Below are positions 36,216 through 44,943 of a stretch of 64,000 bases of DNA, piece by piece. Each line of letters opens with the position of its first letter. The first letter of the stretch is position 1. The translations under genes were made by a program, and so were the position numbers. The stretch covers positions 17,232 to 81,231 of the forward strand of contig JANQZX010000072.1 of NCBI GenBank assembly GCA_030728245.1, in the 5' to 3' direction. This stretch comes from Saprospiraceae bacterium (GTDB taxonomy: Bacteria > Bacteroidota > Bacteroidia > Chitinophagales > Saprospiraceae). Below the pieces are notes generated by a model. It was given only the letters and a program-made list of their open reading frames with translations, was not told the origin of the DNA and did no database searches.

Positions 36216-38003
36216 ATGATTATCAAAGACTTGATTTTAAGTAGGTGGATATATCCTCTACTTAAAAATGAAAAAGTCACTGGTTTTTTTGCGTTTATGT
36301 TAATAGGCAGTGGCCTGTTCGCGCAGTCAGGAATTCCTGAATTAATGCCAGTTACTCAAACTTATGTCCTTCAAAATGTACAGATTGTTGTCCGGCCCGG
36401 ACAAATAATTTCAGGCGGAACGGTCATCATTCAGGATGGACTCATTCAGGCAGCAGGTAAAGACATTGCTATTCCAGCGCATGCAAGGAAAATCAAAGCG
36501 GATTCTATGTTTGTTTATGCCGGATTTATAGAAGGGCTTTCCCAGTCAGGAATTCCCCGACCAGAATCGGCAGCAGGAGCATCCGGCCCGAGAACGCCGG
36601 GCGGACAAGGGCAACAACGTCCCAGAGTATCTGATCCGTGGAATCCTACCTATGAGGAATCAGGAATCACTCCTTATGTGAGGGTTCGCGATGTTTTTAA
36701 GTCAGATGATAAATCACTGGAGGAAATGAGAAAATTAGGATTTACCGCAGCTCAGGTTTATCCTATTGGAAGAATGTTACCAGGACAAGCTTCTCTTGTT
36801 TCATTGGGCATTGGTAAAAATGCGGATGAACTATTGTTGAAGGAAAATACGGCTTTGGTTGCCAGTTTTAGTCCTGCTTCTGGTGCTTTCCCAAGTACAA
36901 TTATTGGTGTAATGTCCAGATTTAGAGAATTATACAAGAATGCTATCAGATTGCAAGATTACCAAAAAAGCTATGGATCTAATCCAGTCAATGTTAATCG
37001 TCCGATGGCAGATAAATGTCTTGAATCGTTCTTTCCTGTATTGGATGGTAAAATACCTTTCATTTTTCAGGCTCCTGATATGAAATCTGTTTACAGAGTG
37101 CAGGCACTTAAAAATGAATTGAAATTTGCTGTTCATTATGCGGATGTTAAAGAAGGGTATTATGTTGGGGATTTGTTAAAATCAGAAGGAAAACCAATCA
37201 TAATTTCACTTGATTTACCGAAGGCCGCTGATGAAAAAAAACCTGTTGCTGATTCTTCTAAAAATGCGGCGCCAAAGGATCTTGAAATGGAAGCTTTAAA
37301 GGCAAGAACAGCAGAAGAATTAAAACGTTTGGAAGGCCAGGCTGCAAAGTTAGCTGCCTTAGGTTTACCTTTCTCATTCTCGACAGTAGGTGTGAAATCA
37401 ACGGATATTAAGGAAACATTACGCAGAATGATTAAAGCTGGATTGACTGAAGATCAGGCATTAGCCGCTTTAACTACTACACCAGCCGCTCAATTGGGTG
37501 TTTCTAATCGATTTGGAACGGTAGAAAAGGGGAGAGCAGCCAACCTGGTTGTTTCTGATAAATCGTATTTTGATGAAAAATCATCTGTTCGCTATGTATT
37601 TATAGATGGTAAAATATTTGAATATGAGGGTAAGCCTGCTCCAAAAGCTGGTGCAAATGCAAGTGCTGGTGGAAAAACAGCAGAGGCGCCAAAAGTAGCG
37701 GGTAAATGGTCTTATACTATCAAGGCACCCGGTATGAACACAGAGGGAATATTGACATTTAAAGGAAGTGGCAGTGATTTGACTGGTGAATGGACTTCCT
37801 CACAGGTTCCCGGTACAAATCCTATTTCTAATATTTCTGTAGAGGGGAATAAATTATCTTTCACATCAAATATTAGTATGGGGGCACGTCAGATTAATCT
37901 GGACTTCAACCTGTCTGTGGATGGCAATTCTCTATCTGGTACAGTAGGCGTTGGTACTTTTGGTACTTTTGACGTTTCAGGTGCTAAAATTGATGGCCAG
38001 TAA
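36216..38003 (+). CDS. Secreted amidohydrolase-fold protein lacking the HxH metal motif, with extra C-terminal beta-rich module
   Basis: 595 aa with a signal-like segment FMLIGSGLFAQSG. It aligns by eye to the neighbouring paralogs (IQDGLIQAAGKD...MFVYAGFIEG, and GTVEKGRAANLVV...YVFIDGK), but has GFIEGLSQSG where HxH is expected. Confidence 0.7.
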   Translation: MIIKDLILSRWIYPLLKNEKVTGFFAFMLIGSGLFAQSGIPELMPVTQTYVLQNVQIVVRPGQIISGGTVIIQDGLIQAAGKDIAIPAHARKIKADSMFVYAGFIEGLSQSGIPRPESAAGASGPRTPGGQGQQRPRVSDPWNPTYEESGITPYVRVRDVFKSDDKSLEEMRKLGFTAAQVYPIGRMLPGQASLVSLGIGKNADELLLKENTALVASFSPASGAFPSTIIGVMSRFRELYKNAIRLQDYQKSYGSNPVNVNRPMADKCLESFFPVLDGKIPFIFQAPDMKSVYRVQALKNELKFAVHYADVKEGYYVGDLLKSEGKPIIISLDLPKAADEKKPVADSSKNAAPKDLEMEALKARTAEELKRLEGQAAKLAALGLPFSFSTVGVKSTDIKETLRRMIKAGLTEDQALAALTTTPAAQLGVSNRFGTVEKGRAANLVVSDKSYFDEKSSVRYVFIDGKIFEYEGKPAPKAGANASAGGKTAEAPKVAGKWSYTIKAPGMNTEGILTFKGSGSDLTGEWTSSQVPGTNPISNISVEGNKLSFTSNISMGARQINLDFNLSVDGNSLSGTVGVGTFGTFDVSGAKIDGQ

Positions 38004-38026
38004 TTTAACCCATAAAACGCAATCAA

Positions 38027-39403
38027 ATGTTTAAAATACTTAATATATTCAATTTGCTTTTCTTGGTTAGCTTTGCCCAGGCACAGGTTACTAAGGGAAG
38101 TTTGCTTATTAAAAATGGTACTATTCTTACCGTGACTAAAGGGAACATGGAAAATGCAGACCTTTTAGTGGAAAATGGTAAAATAACCAAAATGGGTAAA
38201 GGGTTGGTTGCTCCTGCAGGAACCCAAACCATTGATGCCACAGGAAAATTCATTATGCCAGGTATTATTGATGCGCATTCCCATATTGGTATCGATGTGG
38301 TTAATGAAGCATCAAGACCCAGTACGGCTGATGTTTGGGTAGGAGATGCCCTGGATCCTTTAGACCTTTCTGTTTACAGGGCTCTCGCTGGTGGTGTTAC
38401 TTCTTCCCATGCTATGCACGGTTCTGCCAATGCCGTTGGAGGTGAATGCGAAACAATTAAACATAGATATGGTACCTTAAATCCTGAAGAAATGAGGATG
38501 GAAGGGGCTCCAAGAACGATTAAATTTGCCTTGGGCGAAAATCCAATGCGTGTGCACGGGGAGGGCAATCGTATTGTTCCCGCCACTCGTATGGGCGTGG
38601 AACAGGTTTTCCGCAAAGGTTTTGAAGATGCAAAGGCCTATATGGCTGCATGGGATTTATATGAAAAGGAAAAAGTAAAAAATCCTGCTGCGCTGAAACC
38701 TGTCTATAACAAAAGACACGAAACCATGGCAGAAATCCTTAAAGGGAATATTATTATTCATTGCCATTCCTATCGTTCTGATGAGATTTTGATGCTTCTG
38801 AATGTTTGTAAGGATTATCAGATTAAAAGATTAGTATTTCAACATACCAATGAAGGATTTAAAGTAGCGCCTGAACTTGCCGCTTATGGCGCTATGGCTT
38901 CTGTTTTCGCAGATTGGTGGGCTTATAAGTTTGAAGTTTATTATTCCACAGCGTATAATGCGGCCATTTTAACGAAAAATGGGGTAGTAACGTCTATCAA
39001 CTCTGATAGTGAGGAATATATCAGACACTTATATCACGAGGCAGCAAAAACTCAGCGCTATGGTAGTTTGTCAGACGAGGAAGCGTTGGCATTAATCACC
39101 ATCAATCCTGCCAAACAACTTGGAATTGATCAAAGAGTAGGCTCATTAGAGATAGGCAAAGATGCAGATATTGCTATTTTCGATGGACATCCTTTATCAA
39201 TTTATGCCGTTCCACAATATACGATTGTAGATGGAGTGGTTCGGTTTAACAGATCAAAAGATGCTGCAGACCAACGCCTTCAGGCAAGTGCAACGCGCGC
39301 GGAAACTGGATTTTTTCTGCATAAAGAGCAGCATAATCACGATCGTTGTTTAGAAGGAGCTTTTGAAAATACAGCTACTTTTTTCGGTCTTGAGCGTGAG
39401 TAA
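38027..39403 (+). CDS. Secreted amidohydrolase (canonical metal-dependent, imidazolonepropionase/dipeptidase-like)
   Basis: 458 aa with a signal peptide. Motifs PGIIDAHSHIG (HxH), HCHSY, INSDSEE and GSLEIGKDADIAIFD. Confidence 0.85.
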   Translation: MFKILNIFNLLFLVSFAQAQVTKGSLLIKNGTILTVTKGNMENADLLVENGKITKMGKGLVAPAGTQTIDATGKFIMPGIIDAHSHIGIDVVNEASRPSTADVWVGDALDPLDLSVYRALAGGVTSSHAMHGSANAVGGECETIKHRYGTLNPEEMRMEGAPRTIKFALGENPMRVHGEGNRIVPATRMGVEQVFRKGFEDAKAYMAAWDLYEKEKVKNPAALKPVYNKRHETMAEILKGNIIIHCHSYRSDEILMLLNVCKDYQIKRLVFQHTNEGFKVAPELAAYGAMASVFADWWAYKFEVYYSTAYNAAILTKNGVVTSINSDSEEYIRHLYHEAAKTQRYGSLSDEEALALITINPAKQLGIDQRVGSLEIGKDADIAIFDGHPLSIYAVPQYTIVDGVVRFNRSKDAADQRLQASATRAETGFFLHKEQHNHDRCLEGAFENTATFFGLERE

Positions 39404-39438
39404 ATCCTATTTTTTTTATTAGCAATTAACTTATTCAC

Positions 39439-40737
39439 ATGAAAATAAATGTAGTTTTTACCCTGTTTTTTACTTTGGCTTTAACCCATTCTTTTGGGCA
39501 GGTAAAAAAATCAACAAAGGGTACTTTCGCTTTAACCAATGCTACCATAGAGACCGTAACAAAAGGAACTGTCTCAGGTACATTAATCATAAGTGAAGGT
39601 AAAATAACAGCGCTTGGTTCCAATGTAACCATTCCTTCTGGCGCAAATGTCATCGACTGTAAGGGAATGTTTATCTATCCGGGTATGATTGACGGAGGAA
39701 CTCAACTGGGTATAGTTGAGGTTTCATCTATCTCTCTGACGGATGACTCTGATGAATTGGGTGAATTAACCCCACACATGGAAGCGATTACGGCTTTTAA
39801 TACCAGTGCCACCGCTGTTTCGGTAACGAGAGTAGATGGTATTACCACCACGTTGGTAGTTCCACAAGGAGGTCTTTTTCCAGGAACAGCTTCACTAGTT
39901 AATTTGGTTGGCTATACACCTGACCAAATTTATGCTGGTTTTAAAGGCGTTGTATTAAATTTCCCTGGTGCAGGTCGTCGTGGGTTTTGGGATAGAAGAA
40001 CAGACGAAGAGTTGAAAAAGCAGGAAGAAAAAGCCCTTAAACAACTAAATGATATTTGGACAGAAGCTTTATACTATGTACAAGTGACTGATGCTGCAGC
40101 AAAGGATCCTTCCATTAAAGTGGCTTCTAATCCGGAAATGGCTCGTATTGCAGAGGTTATCAGAGGAAAAATGACCCTACTTATAGAAACAAATAAAGCA
40201 TCTGATATTGAGGCTGCTATCAAGTGGGCACAAGACAAAAAGGTAGCTAAAGTGGTTCTTACCGGCGTTGCTGAAGGTTGGAGAGTCGCTGATAAAATCG
40301 CAAAATCAGGTTTTCCTGTTATAACAGGCCCTATCATTGCGTTGCCTACCAGAGCGTCGGATTATTATGACAAAGCGTATGCTAATCCTGGTATCATGTC
40401 GAAAGCTGGGGTTAAAGTAGCCATTCGTACCAATGATCAGGAAAATGTCAGAAATTTACCATTTCATGCCGGCTTTGCCGCTGCTTACGGAATGAGTAAA
40501 GAAGATGCATTGAAATCTGTAACCATCGTTCCCGCTGAAATTTTTGGCGTTGCCGATAAATTAGGTTCGCTGGAAGTTGGAAAACTAGCCAGTATCATGG
40601 TTACAACAGGTGATCCGCTAGAGCCAAAAACGCAAATTAAATATCTTTTTATAGACGGTTGGATCGTTCCTTTGGATAGCAGACACATTCAGCTTTACGA
40701 AGAATTTTTAAATCGTTCTCCAGGTCTTAAAAAATAA
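39439..40737 (+). CDS. Secreted amidohydrolase-fold protein lacking the HxH metal motif
   Basis: 432 aa with a signal peptide. It has PGMIDGGTQLG where HxH is expected, and keeps AIRTNDQ and GSLEVGKLASIMV...YLFIDG. Confidence 0.7.
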   Translation: MKINVVFTLFFTLALTHSFGQVKKSTKGTFALTNATIETVTKGTVSGTLIISEGKITALGSNVTIPSGANVIDCKGMFIYPGMIDGGTQLGIVEVSSISLTDDSDELGELTPHMEAITAFNTSATAVSVTRVDGITTTLVVPQGGLFPGTASLVNLVGYTPDQIYAGFKGVVLNFPGAGRRGFWDRRTDEELKKQEEKALKQLNDIWTEALYYVQVTDAAAKDPSIKVASNPEMARIAEVIRGKMTLLIETNKASDIEAAIKWAQDKKVAKVVLTGVAEGWRVADKIAKSGFPVITGPIIALPTRASDYYDKAYANPGIMSKAGVKVAIRTNDQENVRNLPFHAGFAAAYGMSKEDALKSVTIVPAEIFGVADKLGSLEVGKLASIMVTTGDPLEPKTQIKYLFIDGWIVPLDSRHIQLYEEFLNRSPGLKK

Positions 40738-40739
40738 TA

Positions 40740-41414
40740 ATGTCCTTATTTAAGGAATATAATTATAACTTGTTTTTTTTCGCCCGCGTTCCGTTTCTAA
40801 AAGAAATTGGAACGTGGGTGATTTTTGTTTTTAGCCTATCTTCTTGTAGTCTGTTTAAGCCCGTTATTACCTCTTCCTCTACTTTAAATGATGAGGTTTT
40901 CTTAAATGAGAAGGAAGTAGAAGAGGTTCCATCCGAAAAAGGAAATGATCGAATAAATATTATTCCCTATTGGAAAAAGAAATTCGAAGATATTCCCGCT
41001 AAAAATAAGGCTTCAGCTAATTTGACGCTAAGATATAATGTTATTGCGGAGGCTGAAAAATATGTTGGCGTTCCATACACCTGGGCAGGTAAATCGCCGG
41101 AAACTGGATTTGATTGTTCTGGCTTCACCTCTTATGTGTTGCGCAAGTTTGATTATATAATTTCACCGTCCTCGAAAGATCAAGCTAAATTAGGGGTGCC
41201 AAAATCTTTAGATGATTGCAATCCAGGTGATTTAATCATCTTTAGGAATGAAAAAAATGAGGTTTTTCACGTATCATTTATATCGAACATTCAGCCTCAG
41301 GTCATTGAAGTTATCCATAGTGTAAATGGGGGTGTTAAAAAGGAAAATTTATTTAACAACACTTGGTGGATGAATAAAAAAATGGAGATACGGTCTATTT
41401 TGCCATCACCCTGA
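40740..41414 (+). CDS. NlpC/P60 (C40) cell-wall peptidase lipoprotein
   Basis: 224 aa with lipobox SLSSC, catalytic GFDCSGF and a downstream HVSF histidine. The start is 2 nt after the upstream stop. Confidence 0.85.
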   Translation: MSLFKEYNYNLFFFARVPFLKEIGTWVIFVFSLSSCSLFKPVITSSSTLNDEVFLNEKEVEEVPSEKGNDRINIIPYWKKKFEDIPAKNKASANLTLRYNVIAEAEKYVGVPYTWAGKSPETGFDCSGFTSYVLRKFDYIISPSSKDQAKLGVPKSLDDCNPGDLIIFRNEKNEVFHVSFISNIQPQVIEVIHSVNGGVKKENLFNNTWWMNKKMEIRSILPSP

Positions 41415-41416
41415 TT

Positions 41417-42454
41417 TCAACTCAGTTCTCCCATTCTAAGTGCTTTATATCGGCCTTTTCCAAATTTTGTTCCATTGAAAATGATATGAGGCTTTTGAAT
41501 TTCTCTTTCCATTTCGGGTAATTCATTAAACTCCTTGCATACCTGAGAACAGCAAGCCTGATATTTTGTGGCACATGATTCACATTGAATAAAAAGAACA
41601 TGACAGGCTGCATTGGCACAATTTTTATGAATATCGCAGGGTGTTCCGCATTGATGGCATTTTGAAATAATATCATCAGAAATCCGTTCACCCAATCGTT
41701 CATCAAAAACAAAATTTTTGCCTATAAATTTATTGGGCAAATTTTGTTCTTCACATTGTCTGGTATATTCTATAATGCCACCGTCAATCATATAAACATG
41801 TTCAAATCCTTTATGGAGATAATAGGCACTCGCTTTTTCACATCGAATGCCTCCTGTGCAGTACATGACTATATTTTCTTTTTTCTTATCTGCCAACAAA
41901 TCCTCAACTAAGGGTAGGGCCTCCCTAAAGGTCTCTACATCAGGACAAATTGCATTTTCATAATGACCCACTTCGCTTTCATAGTGGTTACGCATATCGA
42001 CCACTATGGTGTCAGGTTTATCGAGTAAGGCATTAACTTCGGGGGCAGAAAGATGTTTTCCTCTTTTAGTTACATCAAAGGTGGAATTATCTAATCCATC
42101 TGCTACGATCTTATTTCTTAATTTAATATTTAATTTAAAGAAAGATTTTCCATTATCATCCACCGCAATATTCAAACGACAACCGTTTAGCCAGGGAATG
42201 CTATACAGGTAATCTTTAAAATCATCAAAAGTGTCAGAAAGGACTGAAATCTGACCATTAATACCTTCTGAAGCTATATAAATGCGACCAAATACCCCTA
42301 AACTATCTAGTCCTGCATATAATTCATCTCTGAAAGCAGCGGGATCACTCAATTGATGGTATCTATAAAAAGAGAGCGTAGTTCTTGGTTCAGTACTTTC
42401 TTCCAGCTTCTTTTTTAATTCAGCCCTATTAACGCGGTTATACAATCTTTTCAT
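41417..42454 (-). CDS. trhO: Rhodanese-domain tRNA U34 hydroxylase TrhO (YceA/UPF0176)
   Basis: 345 aa with the YCTGGIRCEKAS active-site loop and a Cys-rich C-terminal tail. Confidence 0.85.
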   Translation of the reverse strand: MKRLYNRVNRAELKKKLEESTEPRTTLSFYRYHQLSDPAAFRDELYAGLDSLGVFGRIYIASEGINGQISVLSDTFDDFKDYLYSIPWLNGCRLNIAVDDNGKSFFKLNIKLRNKIVADGLDNSTFDVTKRGKHLSAPEVNALLDKPDTIVVDMRNHYESEVGHYENAICPDVETFREALPLVEDLLADKKKENIVMYCTGGIRCEKASAYYLHKGFEHVYMIDGGIIEYTRQCEEQNLPNKFIGKNFVFDERLGERISDDIISKCHQCGTPCDIHKNCANAACHVLFIQCESCATKYQACCSQVCKEFNELPEMEREIQKPHIIFNGTKFGKGRYKALRMGELS

Positions 42455-42481
42455 AACGTTTAAAGATAAATGGCCTGCAAT

Positions 42482-44239
42482 TTACCTATTTTGATTAATC
42501 CAAAGAATGCCTTTTGTCATCTTTTCTTTATTTGTGAGGGTGTAGATATACATTCCATTTGGCAAAGAAGGCAAATTTATAGACGAAATAGATTGATCCA
42601 CATGATGATTCATAATTTCACGTCCATACATATCAAATAGATTCAGAGTAAAAATTTCCTTTCCAAATGCAGTAGAAATATAAAGTTGTTGATGACCGGA
42701 CAGGGGATAAATCTGAATCGTAGGGTCTATAGATTCATTAATGGAGGTAACGGAAAGTGCTTTTTTTACAGCGGCAAGGGCATCAATTCTGCCATAACCA
42801 TACACAGGATTTGGATAACTACCTCCACTTATATTGGAACAAGCCTGGGAGCTATAAAGTGGAAGTGAGGTTTCCCGAATGATTTGCTCTACCTTGTCAA
42901 CTTGACCAATTAAGGATGGGTTAGCTGAAAAAAGAAGAGCTGCCAGTCCTGCAACATGTGGCCCTGCCATACTTGTTCCACTTAAGAAACCATATCTTTT
43001 TCCTGGTAAAGCCGATTTTATACTTACACCCGGAGCGGATACATCGGGTTTAATTACTTTTTTGCCTAGAATGAGTGCAGGGCCCCGCGAAGAAAAAGTA
43101 GCAATGCTATCATTGGAACGGGTGGCACCAACGGAAAAGGCACCGCTCACGGTAACAGGTATCTCATTCATGGTTTCGCAGCTACCTCCATCATTTCCAG
43201 CAGAAACAACTACCATAATGCCCGCTTTTCGCAATAAAGTAATGGCTTTTTCGAAAAGTTCAACATGATTATTTAAACATCCCTCCATGGTCGGACATGA
43301 CCAGGAGTTATTGATTACATGAGGTGCTAATAAAGGATTAGGATTTTTTCCAGATAAATCTCTGGGGGCTAAAAACCAATCAAAACAAGCGAGATAGGAA
43401 AACGGATTACCGTATCCGCGATCCATATTGCGTGCTCCTATCCAGTTTGCGCCTGGAGCAACCCCTATGGAAGTACCGGAAACGTCCTTTCCCACCATCG
43501 TTCCCATGGTGTGGGTTCCGTGAACATCGTCATCACAAGGTATTTTGATGGAATAGCCACAGGGATTTATCGTGTCTTTATTTAACGGAGATGCCTTGTC
43601 AATGGCATCAAACCAATGATAATCGTGTGTAATGGTTTCTTTTGAACTCCCCCGATAGGCACTTACAAGATCAGGATGTGCCCAGTCATAACCTGTGTCT
43701 TGCCCAGCGATGACGATACCCTTTCCTGTTATCCCCATAGCCCAAACGGCGGGAGCCTTTATTTTATCAATACCCCATTCTGATGCGCTTCTTAAAGATT
43801 GATTTTCCGTAGAACGCTGGTATGGGGTTACAAAAATATCTGGATTATCATATATAAAGGCAATGTCAGGTCTTTTTGCCAAATAGGTAATTTGCTCTTT
43901 TGAAAGTGTAACCAAGAGGGCATTTACCAGCATATTTGATTTAGAGGAAATGCCTTTGTCGGTTAACCATTTTTGAACGTCATATTGGGAAATGCGGGTA
44001 TTTTCTTGAAGCGCTTTAAAAATAAAAGAGCCCTTTTGACTTTTATCCCAGGAAGACCTGTAAGAAGAAAGGTCTATCTTTTGGTCGTGAAACTGAATAA
44101 TTACTTCTGTTTTTTCTTTTTTCAACCATTCGTTTTTCAAACCCTCACTCAATTTGTGTAAATTATTTAAAGATTGAGAAAAAAGAAAAGAGCAATAAAA
44201 GGGGAATACTAAAAGTAAAATAACCTTGTTATGTAACAT
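42482..44239 (-). CDS. Subtilisin-like S8 peptidase with type A T9SS C-terminal sorting domain
   Basis: Catalytic triad contexts AGQDTGYD, HGTHTMGT and GTSMAGPHVAG. The last roughly 75 aa (IQIYPLSG...NGMYIYTL...) resemble a Por_Secre_tail CTD. Confidence 0.85.
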   Translation of the reverse strand: MLHNKVILLLVFPFYCSFLFSQSLNNLHKLSEGLKNEWLKKEKTEVIIQFHDQKIDLSSYRSSWDKSQKGSFIFKALQENTRISQYDVQKWLTDKGISSKSNMLVNALLVTLSKEQITYLAKRPDIAFIYDNPDIFVTPYQRSTENQSLRSASEWGIDKIKAPAVWAMGITGKGIVIAGQDTGYDWAHPDLVSAYRGSSKETITHDYHWFDAIDKASPLNKDTINPCGYSIKIPCDDDVHGTHTMGTMVGKDVSGTSIGVAPGANWIGARNMDRGYGNPFSYLACFDWFLAPRDLSGKNPNPLLAPHVINNSWSCPTMEGCLNNHVELFEKAITLLRKAGIMVVVSAGNDGGSCETMNEIPVTVSGAFSVGATRSNDSIATFSSRGPALILGKKVIKPDVSAPGVSIKSALPGKRYGFLSGTSMAGPHVAGLAALLFSANPSLIGQVDKVEQIIRETSLPLYSSQACSNISGGSYPNPVYGYGRIDALAAVKKALSVTSINESIDPTIQIYPLSGHQQLYISTAFGKEIFTLNLFDMYGREIMNHHVDQSISSINLPSLPNGMYIYTLTNKEKMTKGILWINQNR

Positions 44240-44405
44240 AAAATGAATTTTGAGGCAATTTGCATTGTTTTCTTATATTTTTTATGATTATTTAACATAA
44301 ATAAATTGCAGTTCCGAATAAAATAATACATATTTGTAGTAAGAGCTTTAAAAAAATCTATTAAAGACTGATTTTCAGTCACAGAGAGGCAAACACACAC
44401 ACATT

Positions 44406-44867
44406 ATGAACCCATCCATTACGGTTTACAATGCATTCACAGGTATGTCCATATCTGAGAGGCAACAACTCCTTCTGTTTATGAAGGCACACGTCGGTGA
44501 AAACGGCGAAACCCCCTATGATTTAGCATTAGATTATGCACTAAAATTAATTCCTTCTTTCGGCGGATTTGTATTAGTTGCCTACCAGGACATTTTCCCC
44601 ATTGGATGTCTGATAGTCAATAAAACAGGTATGGAAGGATTTGGTCCGGGTCATATCATTTCTATTGCCTATCAGCACCCACAGTTTATGTCCAATCCTG
44701 AAATTATGGATCTGCTAATTGCCAGAGCTATGGAATTTACAGGCGGTGACATCAGCTATTATCTCAGACCTAACGGCTTGCAAGCGGAATTTATTCATCA
44801 ATTCAAAGAAGCAATAAATCAGCTGCATTTTAAAAAATTGAAGACAGTGGTGGCTGCCATAGCTTAA
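44406..44867 (+). CDS. Hypothetical protein, possibly GNAT-fold
   Basis: 153 aa with no strong motif. The GNAT resemblance is weak (FVLVAY...IGCLIVN...). Confidence 0.35.
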   Translation: MNPSITVYNAFTGMSISERQQLLLFMKAHVGENGETPYDLALDYALKLIPSFGGFVLVAYQDIFPIGCLIVNKTGMEGFGPGHIISIAYQHPQFMSNPEIMDLLIARAMEFTGGDISYYLRPNGLQAEFIHQFKEAINQLHFKKLKTVVAAIA

Positions 44868-44943
44868 ATAAGGCAATGGTTTTGGTTATCCTTCATTTTA
44901 TCCCTTCAAATAAAAAAAAATATACGACATTTGCAGAAAAAAA

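Noticed and set aside
44394-44403. (CA)5 dinucleotide run just upstream of the ATG at 44406 as a phase-variation tract
   Set aside because: It has only five units, is too short to argue for slippage-based switching, and lies outside any recognisable promoter spacer.
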